Source: Auanema rhodensis (lineage: Eukaryota > Animalia > Nematoda). Taken from it: a DNA stretch of 64,000 nt. Below, in pieces: positions 40,801 through 53,677 of the stretch (position 1 is the first letter of the stretch; each line of letters starts with the position of its first letter). Under the pieces are notes generated by a model that had not been told where the DNA came from, searched no databases, and was given only the letters and a program-made list of their open reading frames with translations. The translations under genes and the position numbers were made by a program. The DNA is taken from NCBI GenBank assembly GCA_964057225.1, contig OZ059896.1, positions 22,878,001 to 22,942,000 on the forward strand, read 5' to 3'.

Positions 40801-43800
40801 TTGGTATGTAACTCGCTTCACGTGAAAGATAAAGAGATGTGGTTTTCAAAATTAGATTCCCCATGTCCATATTAGTCTAAAAACAAATTTTATTGATATT
40901 AGTTCATGGTAACCATGACTTTGAAATTTACGTGAACTTTAATTTATGCTAATTAAATGTACACGTGATGTGCACTTGGTATGTAACTCGCTTCACGTGA
41001 AAGATAAAGAGATGCGGTTTTCAAAATTAAATTCCCCATGTCCATATTAGTCTAAAAACAAATTTTTATTAATATTGGTTCATGGTAACCATGTCTTTGA
41101 AATTTACGTGAACTTTAATTTATGCTAATTAAATGTACACGTGATGTGCACTTGGTATGTAACTCGCTTCACGTGAAAGATAAAGAGATGCGGTTTTCAA
41201 AATTAGATTCCCCATGTCCATATTAGTCTAAAAACAAATTTTTATTGATATTGGTTCATGGTAACCATGACTTTGAAATTTACGTGAACTTTAATTTATG
41301 CTAATTAAATGTACACGTGATGTGCACTTGGTATGTAACTCGCTTCACGTGAAAGATAAAGAGATGCGGTTTTCAAAATTAGATTCCCCATGTCCATATT
41401 AGTCTAAAAACAAATTTTTATTAATATTGGTTCATGGTAACCATGTCTTTGAAATTTACGTGAACTTTAATTTATGCTAATTAAATGTACACGTGATGTG
41501 CACTTGGTATGTAACTCGCTTCACGTGAAAGATAAAGAGATGCGGTTTTCAAAATTAGATTCCCCATGTCCATATTAGTCTAAAAACAAATTTTTATTGA
41601 TATTGGTTCATGGTAACCATGACTTTGAAATTTACGTGAACTTTAATTTATGCTAATTAAATGTACACGTGATGTGCACTTGGTATGTAACTCGCTTGAA
41701 AGATAAAGAGATGCGGTTTTCAAAATTAGATTCCCCATGTCCATATTAGTCTAAAAACAAATTTTTATTGATATTGGTTCATGGTAACCATGACTTTGAA
41801 ATTTACGTGAACTTTAATTTATGCTAATTAAATGTACACGTGATGTGCACTTGGTATGTAACTCACTTCACGTGAAAGATAAAGAGATGCGGTTTTCAAA
41901 ATTAGATTCCCCATGTCCATATTAGTCTAAAAACAAATTTTTATTGATATTGGTTCATGGTAACCATGACTTTGAAATTTACGTGAACATTAATTTATGC
42001 TAATTAAATGTACACGTGATGTGCACTTGGTATGTAACTCGCTTCACGTGAAAGATAAAGAGATGCGGTTTTCAAAATTAGATTCCCCATGTCCATATTA
42101 GTCTAAAAACAAATTTTTATTGATATTGGTTCATGGTAACCATGACTTTGAAATTTACGTGAACTTTAATTTATGCTAATCAAATGTACACGTGATGTGC
42201 ACTTGGTATGTAACTCGCTTCACGTGAAAGATAAAGAGATGCGGTTTTCAAAATTAGATTCCCCATGTCCATATTAGTCTAAAAACAAATTTTTATTAAT
42301 ATTGGTTCATGGTAACCATGTCTTTGAAATTTACGTGAACTTTAATTTATGCTAATTAAATGTACACGTGATGTGCACTTGGTATGTAACTCGCTTGAAA
42401 GATAAAGAGATGCGGTTTTCAAAATTAGATTCCCCATGTCCATATTAGTCTAAAAACAAATTTTTATTGATATTGGTTCATGGTAACCATGACTTTGAAA
42501 TTTACGTGAACTTTAATTTATGCTAATTAAATGTACACGTGATGTGCACTTGGTATGTAACTCGCTTCACGTGAAAGATAAAGAGATGCGGTTTTCAAAA
42601 TTAGATTCCCCATGTCCATATTAGTCTAAAAACAAATTTTTATTGATATTGGTTCATGGTAACCATGACTTTGAAATTTACGTGAACTTTAATTTATGCT
42701 AATTAAATGTACACGTGATGTGCACTTGGTATGTAACTCGCTTCACGTGAAAGATAAAGAGATGCGGTTTTCAAAATTAGATTCCTCATGTCCATATTAG
42801 TCTAAAAACAAATTTTTATTGATATTGGTTCATGGTAACCATGACTTTGAAATTTACGTGAACTTTAATTTATGCTAATTGAATGTACACGTGATGTGCA
42901 CTTGGTATGTAACTCGCTTCACGTGAAAGATAAAGAGATGCGGTTTTCAAAATTAGATTCCTCATGTCCATATTAGTCTAAAAACAAATTTTTATTAATA
43001 TTGGTTCATGGTAACCATGTCTTTGAAATTTACGTGAACATTAATTTATGCTAATTAAATGTACACGTGATGTGCACTTGGTATGTAACTCGCTTCACGT
43101 GAAAGATAAAGAGATGTGGTTTTCAAAATTAGATTCCCCATGTCCATATTAGTCTAAAAACAAATTTTATTGATATTAGTTCATGGTAACCATGACTTTG
43201 AAATTTACGTGAACTTTAATTTATGCTAATTAAATGTACACGTGATGTGCACTTGGTATGTAACTCGCTTCACGTGAAAGATAAAGAGATGCGGTTTTCA
43301 AAATTAAATTCCCCATGTCCATATTAGTCTAAAAACAAATTTTTATTAATATTGGTTCATGGTAACCATGTCTTTGAAATTTACGTGAACTTTAATTTAT
43401 GCTAATTAAATGTACACGTGATGTGCACTTGGTATGTAACTCGCTTCACGTGAAAGATAAAGAGATGCGGTTTTCAAAATTATATTCCCCATGTCCATAT
43501 TAGTCTAAAAACAAATTTTTATTAATATTGGTTCCTGGTAACCATGTCTTTGAAATTTACGTGAACTTTAATTTATGCTAATTAAATGTACACGTGATGT
43601 GCACTTGGTATGTAACTCGCTTCACGTGAAAGATAAAGAGATGCGGTTTTCAAAATTAGATTCCCCATGTCCATATTAGTCTAAAAACAAATTTTTATTG
43701 ATATTGGTTCATGGTAACCATGACTTTGAAATTTACGTGAACTTTAATTTATGCTAATTAAATGTACACGTGATGTGCACTTGGTATGTAACTCGCTTGA

Positions 43801-45582
43801 AAGATAAAGAGATGCGGTTTTCAAAATTAGATTCCCCATGTCCATATTAGTCTAAAAACAAATTTTTATTGATATTGGTTCATGGTAACCATGACTTTGA
43901 AATTTACGTGAACTTTAATTTATGCTAATTAAATGTACACGTGATGTGCACTTGGTATGTAACTCGCTTCACGTGAAAGATAAAGAGATGCGGTTTTCAA
44001 AATTAGATTCCCCATGTCCATATTAGTCTAAAAACAAATTTTTATTAATATTGGTTCATGGTAACCATGTCTTTGAAATTTACGTGAACTTTAATTTATG
44101 CTAATTAAATGTACACGTGATGTGCACTTGGTATGTAACTCGCTTCACGTGAAAGATAAAGAGATGCGGTTTTCAAAATTAGATTCCCCATGCCCATATT
44201 AGTCTAAAAACAAATTTTTATTGATATTGGTTCATGGTAACCATGACTTTGAAATTTACGTGAACTTTAATTTATGCTAATTAAATGTACACGTGATGTG
44301 CACTTGGTATGTAACTCGCTTCACGTGAAAGATAAAGAGATGCGGTTTTCAAAATTAGATTCCTCATGTCCATATTAGTCTAAAAACAAATTTTTATTAA
44401 TATTGGTTCATGGTAACCATGTCTTTGAAATTTACGTGAACATTAATTTATGCTAATTAAATGTACACGTGATGTGCACTTGGTATGTAACTCGCTTCAC
44501 GTGAAAGATAAAGAGATGTGGTTTTCAAAATTAGATTCCCCATGTCCATATTAGTCTAAAAACAAATTTTATTGATATTAGTTCATGGTAACCATGACTT
44601 TGAAATTTACGTGAACTTTAATTTATGCTAATTAAATGTACACGTGATGTGCACTTGGTATGTAACTCGCTTCACGTGAAAGATAAAGAGATGCGGTTTT
44701 CAAAATTAAATTCCCCATGTCCATATTAGTCTAAAAACAAATTTTTATTAATATTGGTTCATGGTAACCATGTCTTTGAAATTTACGTGAACTTTAATTT
44801 ATGCTAATTAAATGTACACGTGATGTGCACTTGGTATGTAACTCGCTTCACGTGAAAGATAAAGAGATGCGGTTTTCAAAATTAGATTCCCCATGTCCAT
44901 ATTAGTCTAAAAACAAATTTTTATTGATATTGGTTCATGGTAACCATGACTTTGAAATTTACGTGAACTTTAATTTATGCTAATTAAATGTACACGTGAT
45001 GTGCACTTGGTATGTAACTCGCTTCACGTGAAAGATAAAGAGATGCTATTTTCAAAATTAGATTCCCCATGTCCATATTAGTCTAAAAACAAATTTTTAT
45101 TAATATTGGTTCATGGTAACCATGTCTTTGAAATTTACGTGAACTTTAATTTATGCTAATTAAATGTACACGTGATGTGCACTTGGTATGTAACTCGCTT
45201 CACGTGAAAGATAAAGAGATGCGGTTTTCAAAATTAGATTCCCCATGTCCATATTAGTCTAAAAACAAATTTTTATTGATATTGGTTCATGGTAACCATG
45301 ACTTTGAAATTTACGTGAACTTTAATTTATGCTAATTAAATGTACACGTGATGTGCACTTGGTATGTAACTCGCTTGAAAGATAAAGAGATGCGGTTTTC
45401 AAAATTAGATTCCCCATGTCCATATTAGTCTAAAAACAAATTTTTATTGATATTGGTTCATGGTAACCATGACTTTGAAATTTACGTGAACTTTAATTTA
45501 TGCTAATTAAATGTACACGTGATGTGCACTTGGTATGTAACTCGCTTCACGTGAAAGATAAAGAGATGCGGTTTTCAAAATT
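37867..45582. repeat. Variant domain A': return of domain-A variants
   Basis: AAATCTACAC (37971), AATTTCTATTG...TTTATGG...CCATATC (38601), AATCAAATG, GAACATTAA, ATTCCTCATG and GATGTGG reappear. Five-bp deletions lie near 40119, 41697, 42376, 43798 and 45376. Confidence 0.8.
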
Positions 45583-48500
45583 AGATTCTCCATGTCCATA
45601 TTAGTCTAAAAACAAATTTTTATTGATATTGGTTCATGGTAACCATGACTTTGAAATTTACGTGAACTTTAATTTATGCTAATTAAATGTACACGTGATG
45701 TGCTCTTGGTATGTAACTCGCTTCACGTGAAAGATAAAGAGATGCGGTTTTCAAAATTAGATTCCCCATGTCCATATTAGTCTAAAAACAAATTTTATTA
45801 ATATTGGTTCATGGTAACCATGTCTTTGAAATTTACGTGAACTTTAATTTATGCTAATTAAATGTACACGTGATGTGCACTTGGTATGTAACTCGCTTCA
45901 CGTGAAAGATAAAGAGATGCGGTTTTCAAAATTAGATTCCCCATGCCCATATTAGTCTAAAAACAAATTTTTATTGATATTGGTTCATGGTAACCATGAC
46001 TTTGAAATTTACGTGAACTTTAATTTATGCTAATTAAATGTACACGTGATGTGCACTTGGTATGTAACTCGCTTCACGTGAAAGATAAAGAGATGCGGTT
46101 TTCAAAATTAGATTCCCCATGTCCATATTAGTCTAAAAACAAATTTTTATTGATATTGGTTCATGGTAACCATGACTTTGAAATTTACGTGAACTTTAAT
46201 TTATGCTAATTAAATGTACACGTGATGTGCACTTGGTATGTAACTCGCTTCACGTGAAAGATAAAGAGATGCGGTTTTCAAAATTAGATTCCCCATGTCC
46301 ATACTAGTATAAAAACAAATTTTTATTAATATTGGTTCATGGTAACCATGTCTTTGAAATTTACGTGAACTTTAATTTATGTTAATTAAATGTACACGTG
46401 ATGTGCACTTGGTATGTAACTCGCTTCACGTGAAAGATAAAGAGATGCGGTTTTCAAAATTAGATTCCCCATGTCCATATTAGTCTAAAAACAAATTTTT
46501 ATTAATATTGGTTCATGGTAACCATGACTTTGAAATTTACGTGAACTTTAATTTATGCTAATTAAATGTACACGTGATGTGCACTTGGTATGTAACTCGC
46601 TTCACGTGAAAGATAAAGAGATGCGGTTTTCAAAATTAGATTCCCCATGTCCATATTAGTCTAAAAACAAATTTTTATTAATATTGGTTCATGGTAACCA
46701 TGTCTTTGAAATTTACGTGAACTTTAATTTATGCTAATTAAATGTACACGTGATGTGCACTTGGTATGTAACTCGCTTCACGTGAAAGATAAAAAGATGC
46801 GGTTTTCAAAATTAGATTCCCCATGTCCATATTAGTATAAAAACAAATTTTTATTAATATTGGTTCATGGTAACCATGTCTTTGAAATTTACGTGAACTT
46901 TAATTTATGCTAATTAAATGTACACTTGATGTGCACTTGGTATGTAACTCGCTTCACGTGAAAGATAAAGAGATGCGGTTTTCAAAATTAGATTCCCCAT
47001 GTCCATATTAGTCTAAAAACAAATTTTTATTGATATTGGTTCATGGTAACCATGACTTTGAAATTTACGTGAACTTTAATTTATGCTAATTAAATGTACA
47101 CGTGATGTGCACTTGGTATGTAACTCGCTTCACGTGAAAGATAAAGAGATGCGGTTTTCAAAATTAGATTCCCCATGTCCATATTAGTCTAAAAACAAAT
47201 TTTTAATGATATTGGTTCATGGTAACAATGACTTTGAAATTTACGTGAACTTTAATTTATGCTAATTAAATGTACACGTGATGTGCACTTGGTATGTAAC
47301 TCGCTTCACGTGAAAGATAAAGAGATGCGGTTTTCAAAATTAGATTCCCCATGTCCATATTAGTCTAAAAACAAATTTTTATTAATATTGGTTCATGGTA
47401 ACCATGTCTTTGAAATTTACGTGAACTTTAATTTATGCTAATTAAATGTACACGTGATGTGCACTTGGTATGTAACTCGCTTCACGTGAAAGATAAAGAG
47501 ATGCGGTTTTCAAAATTAGATTCCCCATGCCCATATTAGTCTAAAAACAAATTTTTATTGATATTGGTTCATGGTAACCATGACTTTGAAATTTACGTGA
47601 ACTTTAATTTATGCTAATTAAATGTACACGTGATGTGCACTTGGTATGTAACTCGCTTCACGTGAAAGATAAAGAGATGCGGTTTTCAAAATTAGATTCC
47701 CCATGTCCATATTAGTCTAAAAACAAATTTTTAATGATATTGGTTCATGGTAACAATGACTTTGAAATTTACGTGAACTTTAATTTATGCTAATTAAATG
47801 TACACGTGATGTGCACTTGGTATGTAACTCGCTTCACGTGAAAGATAAAGAGATGCGGTTTTCAAAATTAGATTCCCCATGTCCATATTAGTCTAAAAAC
47901 AAATTTTTATTAATATTGGTTCATGGTAACCATGTCTTTGAAATTTACGTGAACTTTAATTTATGCTAATTAAATGTACACGTGATGTGCACTTGGTATG
48001 TAACTCGCTTCACGTGAAAGATAAAGAGATGCGGTTTTCAAAATTAGATTCCCCATGCCCATATTAGTCTAAAAACAAATTTTTATTGATATTGGTTCAT
48101 GGTAACCATGACTTTGAAATTTACGTGAACTTTAATTTATGCTAATTAAATGTACACGTGATGTGCACTTGGTATGTAACTCGCTTCACGTGAAAGATAA
48201 AGAGATGCGGTTTTCAAAATTAGATTCCCCATGTCCATATTAGTCTAAAAACAAATTTTTATTGATATTGGTTCATGGTAACCATGACTTTGAAATTTAC
48301 GTGAACTTTAATTTATGCTAATTAAATGTACACGTGATGTGCACTTGGTATGTAACTCGCTTCACGTGAAAGATAAAGAGATGCGGTTTTCAAAATTAGA
48401 TTCCCCATGTCCATACTAGTATAAAAACAAATTTTTATTAATATTGGTTCATGGTAACCATGTCTTTGAAATTTACGTGAACTTTAATTTATGTTAATTA

Positions 48501-49981
48501 AATGTACACGTGATGTGCACTTGGTATGTAACTCGCTTCACGTGAAAGATAAAGAGATGCGGTTTTCAAAATTAGATTCCCCATGTCCATATTAGTCTAA
48601 AAACAAATTTTTAATGATATTGGTTCATGGTAACAATGACTTTGAAATTTACGTGAACTTTAATGTATGCTAATTAAATGTACACGTGATGTGCACTTGG
48701 TATGTAACTCGCTTCACGTGAAAGATAAAGAGATGCGGTTTTCAAAATTAGATTCCCCATGTCCATATTAGTCTAAAAACAAATTTTTATTAATATTGGT
48801 TCATGGTAACCATGTCTTTGAAATTTACGTGAACTTTAATTTATGCTAATTAAATGTACACGTGATGTGCACTTGGTATGTAACTCGCTTCACGTGAAAG
48901 ATAAAGAGATGCGGTTTTCAAAATTAGATTCCCCATGCCCATATTAGTCTAAAAACAAATTTTTATTGATATTGGTTCATGGTAACCATGACTTTGAAAT
49001 TTACGTGAACTTTAATTTATGCTAATTAAATGTACACGTGATGTGCACTTGGTATGTAACTCGCTTCACGTGAAAGATAAAGAGATGCGGTTTTCAAAAT
49101 TAGATTCCCCATGTCCATATTAGTCTAAAAACAAATTTTTATTGATATTGGTTCATGGTAACCATGACTTTGAAATTTACGTGAACTTTAATTTATGCTA
49201 ATTAAATGTACACGTGATGTGCACTTGGTATGTAACTCGCTTCACGTGAAAGATAAAGAGATGCGGTTTTCAAAATTAGATTCCCCATGTCCATATTAGT
49301 CTAAAAACAAATTTTTATTAATATTGGTTCATGGTAACCATGTCTTTGAAATTTACGTGAACTTTAATTTATGCTAATTAAATGTACACGTGATGTGCAC
49401 TTGGTATGTAACTCGCTTCACGTGAAAGATAAAGAGATGCGGTTTTCAAAATTAGATTCCCCATGTCCATATTAGTCTAAAAACAAATTTTTATTTATAT
49501 TGGTTCATGGTAACCATGTCTTTGAAATTTACGTGAACTTTAATTTATGCTAATTAAATGTACACGTGATGTGCACTTGGTATGTAACTCGCTTCACGTG
49601 AAAGATAAAGAGATGCGGTTTTCAAAATTAGATTCCCCATGTCCATATTAGTCTAAAAACAAATTTTTATTGATATTGGTTCATGGTAACCATGACTTTG
49701 AAATTTACGTGAACTTTAATTTATGCTAATTAAATGTACACGTGATGTGCACTTGGTATGTAACTCGCTTCACGTGAAAGATAAAGAGATGCGGTTTTCA
49801 AAATTAGATTCCCCATGTCCATATTAGTCTAAAAACAAATTTTTATTGATATTGGTTCATGGTAACCATGACTTTGAAATTTACGTGAACTTTAATTTAT
49901 GCTAATTAAATGTACACGTGATGTGCACTTGATATGTAACTCGCTTCACGTGAAAGATAAAGAGATGCGGTTTTCAAAATT

Positions 49982-52900
49982 AGATTCCCCATGTCCATAT
50001 TAGTCTAAAAACAAATTTTCATTAATATTGGTTTATGGTAACCATATCTTTGAAATTTACGTGAACTTTAATTTATGCTAATTAAATGTACACGTGATGT
50101 GCACTTGGTATGTAACTCGCTTCACGTGAAAGATAAAGAGATGCGGTTTTCAAAATTAGATTCCCCATGTCCATATTAGTCTAAAAACAAATTTTTATTG
50201 ATATTGGTTCATGGTAACCATGACTTTGAAATTTACGTGAACTTTAATTTATGCTAATTAAATGTACACGTGATGTGCACTTGGTATGTAACTCGCTTCA
50301 CGTGAAAGATAAAGAGATGCGGTTTTCAAAATTAGATTCCCCATGTCCATATTAGTCTAAAAACAAATTTTCATTAATATTGGTTTATGGTAACCATGTC
50401 TTTGAAATTTACGTGAACTTTAATTTATGCTAATTAAATGTACACGTGATGTGCACTTGGTATGTAACTCGCTTCACGTGAAAGATAAAGAGATGCGGTT
50501 TTCAAAATTAGATTCCCCATGTCCATATTAGTCTAAAAACAAATTTTTATTAATATTGGTTCATGGTAACCATGTCTTTGAAATTTACGTGAACTTTAAT
50601 TTATGCTAATTAAATGTACACGTGATGTGCACTTGGTATGTAACTCGCTTCACGTGAAAGATAAAGAGATGCGGTTTTCAAAATTAGATTCCCCATGTCC
50701 ATATTAGTCTAAAAACAAATTTTTATTAATATTGGTTCATGGTAACCATGTCTTTGAAATTTACGTGAAATTTAATTTATGCTAATTAAATGTACACGTG
50801 ATGTGCACTTGGTATGTAACTCGCTTCACGTGAAAGATAAAGAGATGCAGTTTTCAAAATTAGATTCCCCATGTCCATATTAGTCTAAAAACAAATTTTT
50901 ATTAATATTAATTCATGGTAACCATGTCTTTGAAATTTACGTGAAATTTAATTTATGCTAATTAAATGTACACGTGATGTGCACTTGGTATGTAACTCGC
51001 TTCACGTGAAAGATAAAGAGATGCGGTTTTCAAAATTAGATTCCCCATGTCCATATTAGTCTAAAAACAAATTTTTATTAATATTGGTTCATGGTAACCA
51101 TGTCTTTGAAATTTACGTGAACTTTAATTTATGCTAATTAAATGTACACGTGATGTGCACTTGGTATGTAACTCGCTTCACGTGAAAGATAAAGAGATGC
51201 GGTTTTCAAAATTAGATTCCCCATGTCCATATTAGTCTAAAAACAAATTTTTATTAATATTGGTTCATGGTAACCATGTCTTTGAAATTTACGTGAAATT
51301 TAATTTATGCTAATTAAATGTACACGTGATGTGCACTTGGTATGTAACTCGCTTCACGTGAAAGATAAAGAGATGCGGTTTTCAAAATTAGATTCCCCAT
51401 GTCCATATTAGTCTAAAAACAAATTTTTATTAATATTGGTTCATGGTAACCATGTCTTTGAAATTTACGTGAACTTTAATTTATGCTAATTAAATGTACA
51501 CGTGATGTGCACTTGGTATGTAACTCGCTTCACGTGAAAGATAAAGAGATGCGGTTTTCAAAATTAGATTCCCCATGTCCATATTAGTCTAAAAACAAAT
51601 TTTTATTAATATTGGTTCATGGTAACCATGTCTTTGAAATTTACGTGAAATTTAATTTATGCTAATTAAATGTACACGTGATGTGCACTTGGTATGTAAC
51701 TCGCTTCACGTGAAAGATAAAGAGATGCGGTTTTCAAAATTAGATTCCCCATGTCCATATTAGTCTAAAAACAAATTTTTATTAATATTGGTTCATGGTA
51801 ACCATGTCTTTGAAATTTACGTGAACTTTAATTTATGCTAATTAAATGTACACGTGATGTGCACTTGGTATGTAACTCGCTTCACGTGAAAGATAAAGAG
51901 ATGCGGTTTTCAAAATTAGATTCCCCATGTCCATATTAGTCTAAAAACAAATTTTTATTAATATTGGTTCATGGTAACCATGTCTTTGAAATTTACGTGA
52001 AATTTAATTTATGCTAATTAAATGTACACGTGATGTGCACTTGGTATGTAACTCGCTTCACGTGAAAGATAAAGAGATGCTGTTTTCAAAATTAGATTCC
52101 CCATGTCCATATTAGTCTAAAAACAAATTTTTATTGATATTGGTTCATGGTAACCATGACTTTGAAATTTACGTGAACTTTAATTTATGCTAATTAAATG
52201 TACACGTGATGTGCACTTGGTATGTAACTCGCTTCACGTGAAAGATAAAGAGATGCGGTTTTCAAAATTAGATTCCCCATGTCCATATTAGTCTAAAAAC
52301 AAATTTTCATTAATATTGGTTTATGGTAACCATATCTTTGAAATTTACGTGAACTTTAATTTATGCTAATTAAATGTACACGTGATGTGCACTTGGTATG
52401 TAACTCGCTTCACGTGAAAGATAAAGAGATGCGGTTTTCAAAATTAGATTCCCCATGTCCATATTAGTCTAAAAACAAATTTTTATTGATATTGGTTCAT
52501 GGTAACCATGACTTTGAAATTTACGTGAACTTTAATTTATGCTAATTAAATGTACACGTGATGTGCACTTGGTATGTAACTCGCTTCACGTGAAAGATAA
52601 AGAGATGCGGTTTTCAAAATTAGATTCCCCATGTCCATATTAGTCTAAAAACAAATTTTCATTAATATTGGTTTATGGTAACCATGTCTTTGAAATTTAC
52701 GTGAACTTTAATTTATGCTAATTAAATGTACACGTGATGTGCACTTGGTATGTAACTCGCTTCACGTGAAAGATAAAGAGATGCGGTTTTCAAAATTAGA
52801 TTCCCCATGTCCATATTAGTCTAAAAACAAATTTTTATTAATATTGGTTCATGGTAACCATGTCTTTGAAATTTACGTGAACTTTAATTTATGCTAATTA

Positions 52901-53677
52901 AATGTACACGTGATGTGCACTTGGTATGTAACTCGCTTCACGTGAAAGATAAAGAGATGCGGTTTTCAAAATTAGATTCCCCATGTCCATATTAGTCTAA
53001 AAACAAATTTTTATTAATATTGGTTCATGGTAACCATGTCTTTGAAATTTACGTGAAATTTAATTTATGCTAATTAAATGTACACGTGATGTGCACTTGG
53101 TATGTAACTCGCTTCACGTGAAAGATAAAGAGATGCGGTTTTCAAAATTAGATTCCCCATGTCCATATTAGTCTAAAAACAAATTTTTATTAATATTGGT
53201 TCATGGTAACCATGTCTTTGAAATTTACGTGAACTTTAATTTATGCTAATTAAATGTACACGTGATGTGCACTTGGTATGTAACTCGCTTCACGTGAAAG
53301 ATAAAGAGATGCGGTTTTCAAAATTAGATTCCCCATGTCCATATTAGTCTAAAAACAAATTTTTATTAATATTGGTTCATGGTAACCATGTCTTTGAAAT
53401 TTACGTGAAATTTAATTTATGCTAATTAAATGTACACGTGATGTGCACTTGGTATATAACTCGCTTCACGTGAAAGATAAAGAGATGCGGTTTTCAAAAT
53501 TAGATTCCCCATGTCCATATTAGTCTAAAAACAAATTTTTATTAATATTGGTTCATGGTAACCATGTCTTTGAAATTTACGTGAACTTTAATTTATGCTA
53601 ATTAAATGTACACGTGATGTGCACTTGGTATGTAACTCGCTTCACGTGAAAGATAAAGAGATGCGGTTTTCAAAATT
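49982..53677. repeat. 13-monomer (2288 bp) duplication containing a 352-bp dimer run
   Basis: Variants pair at 2288 bp: 50020/52308, 50372/52660, 50770/53058. C85A recurs at 50946, 51298, 51650 and 52002 (352-bp spacing). Confidence 0.75.
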
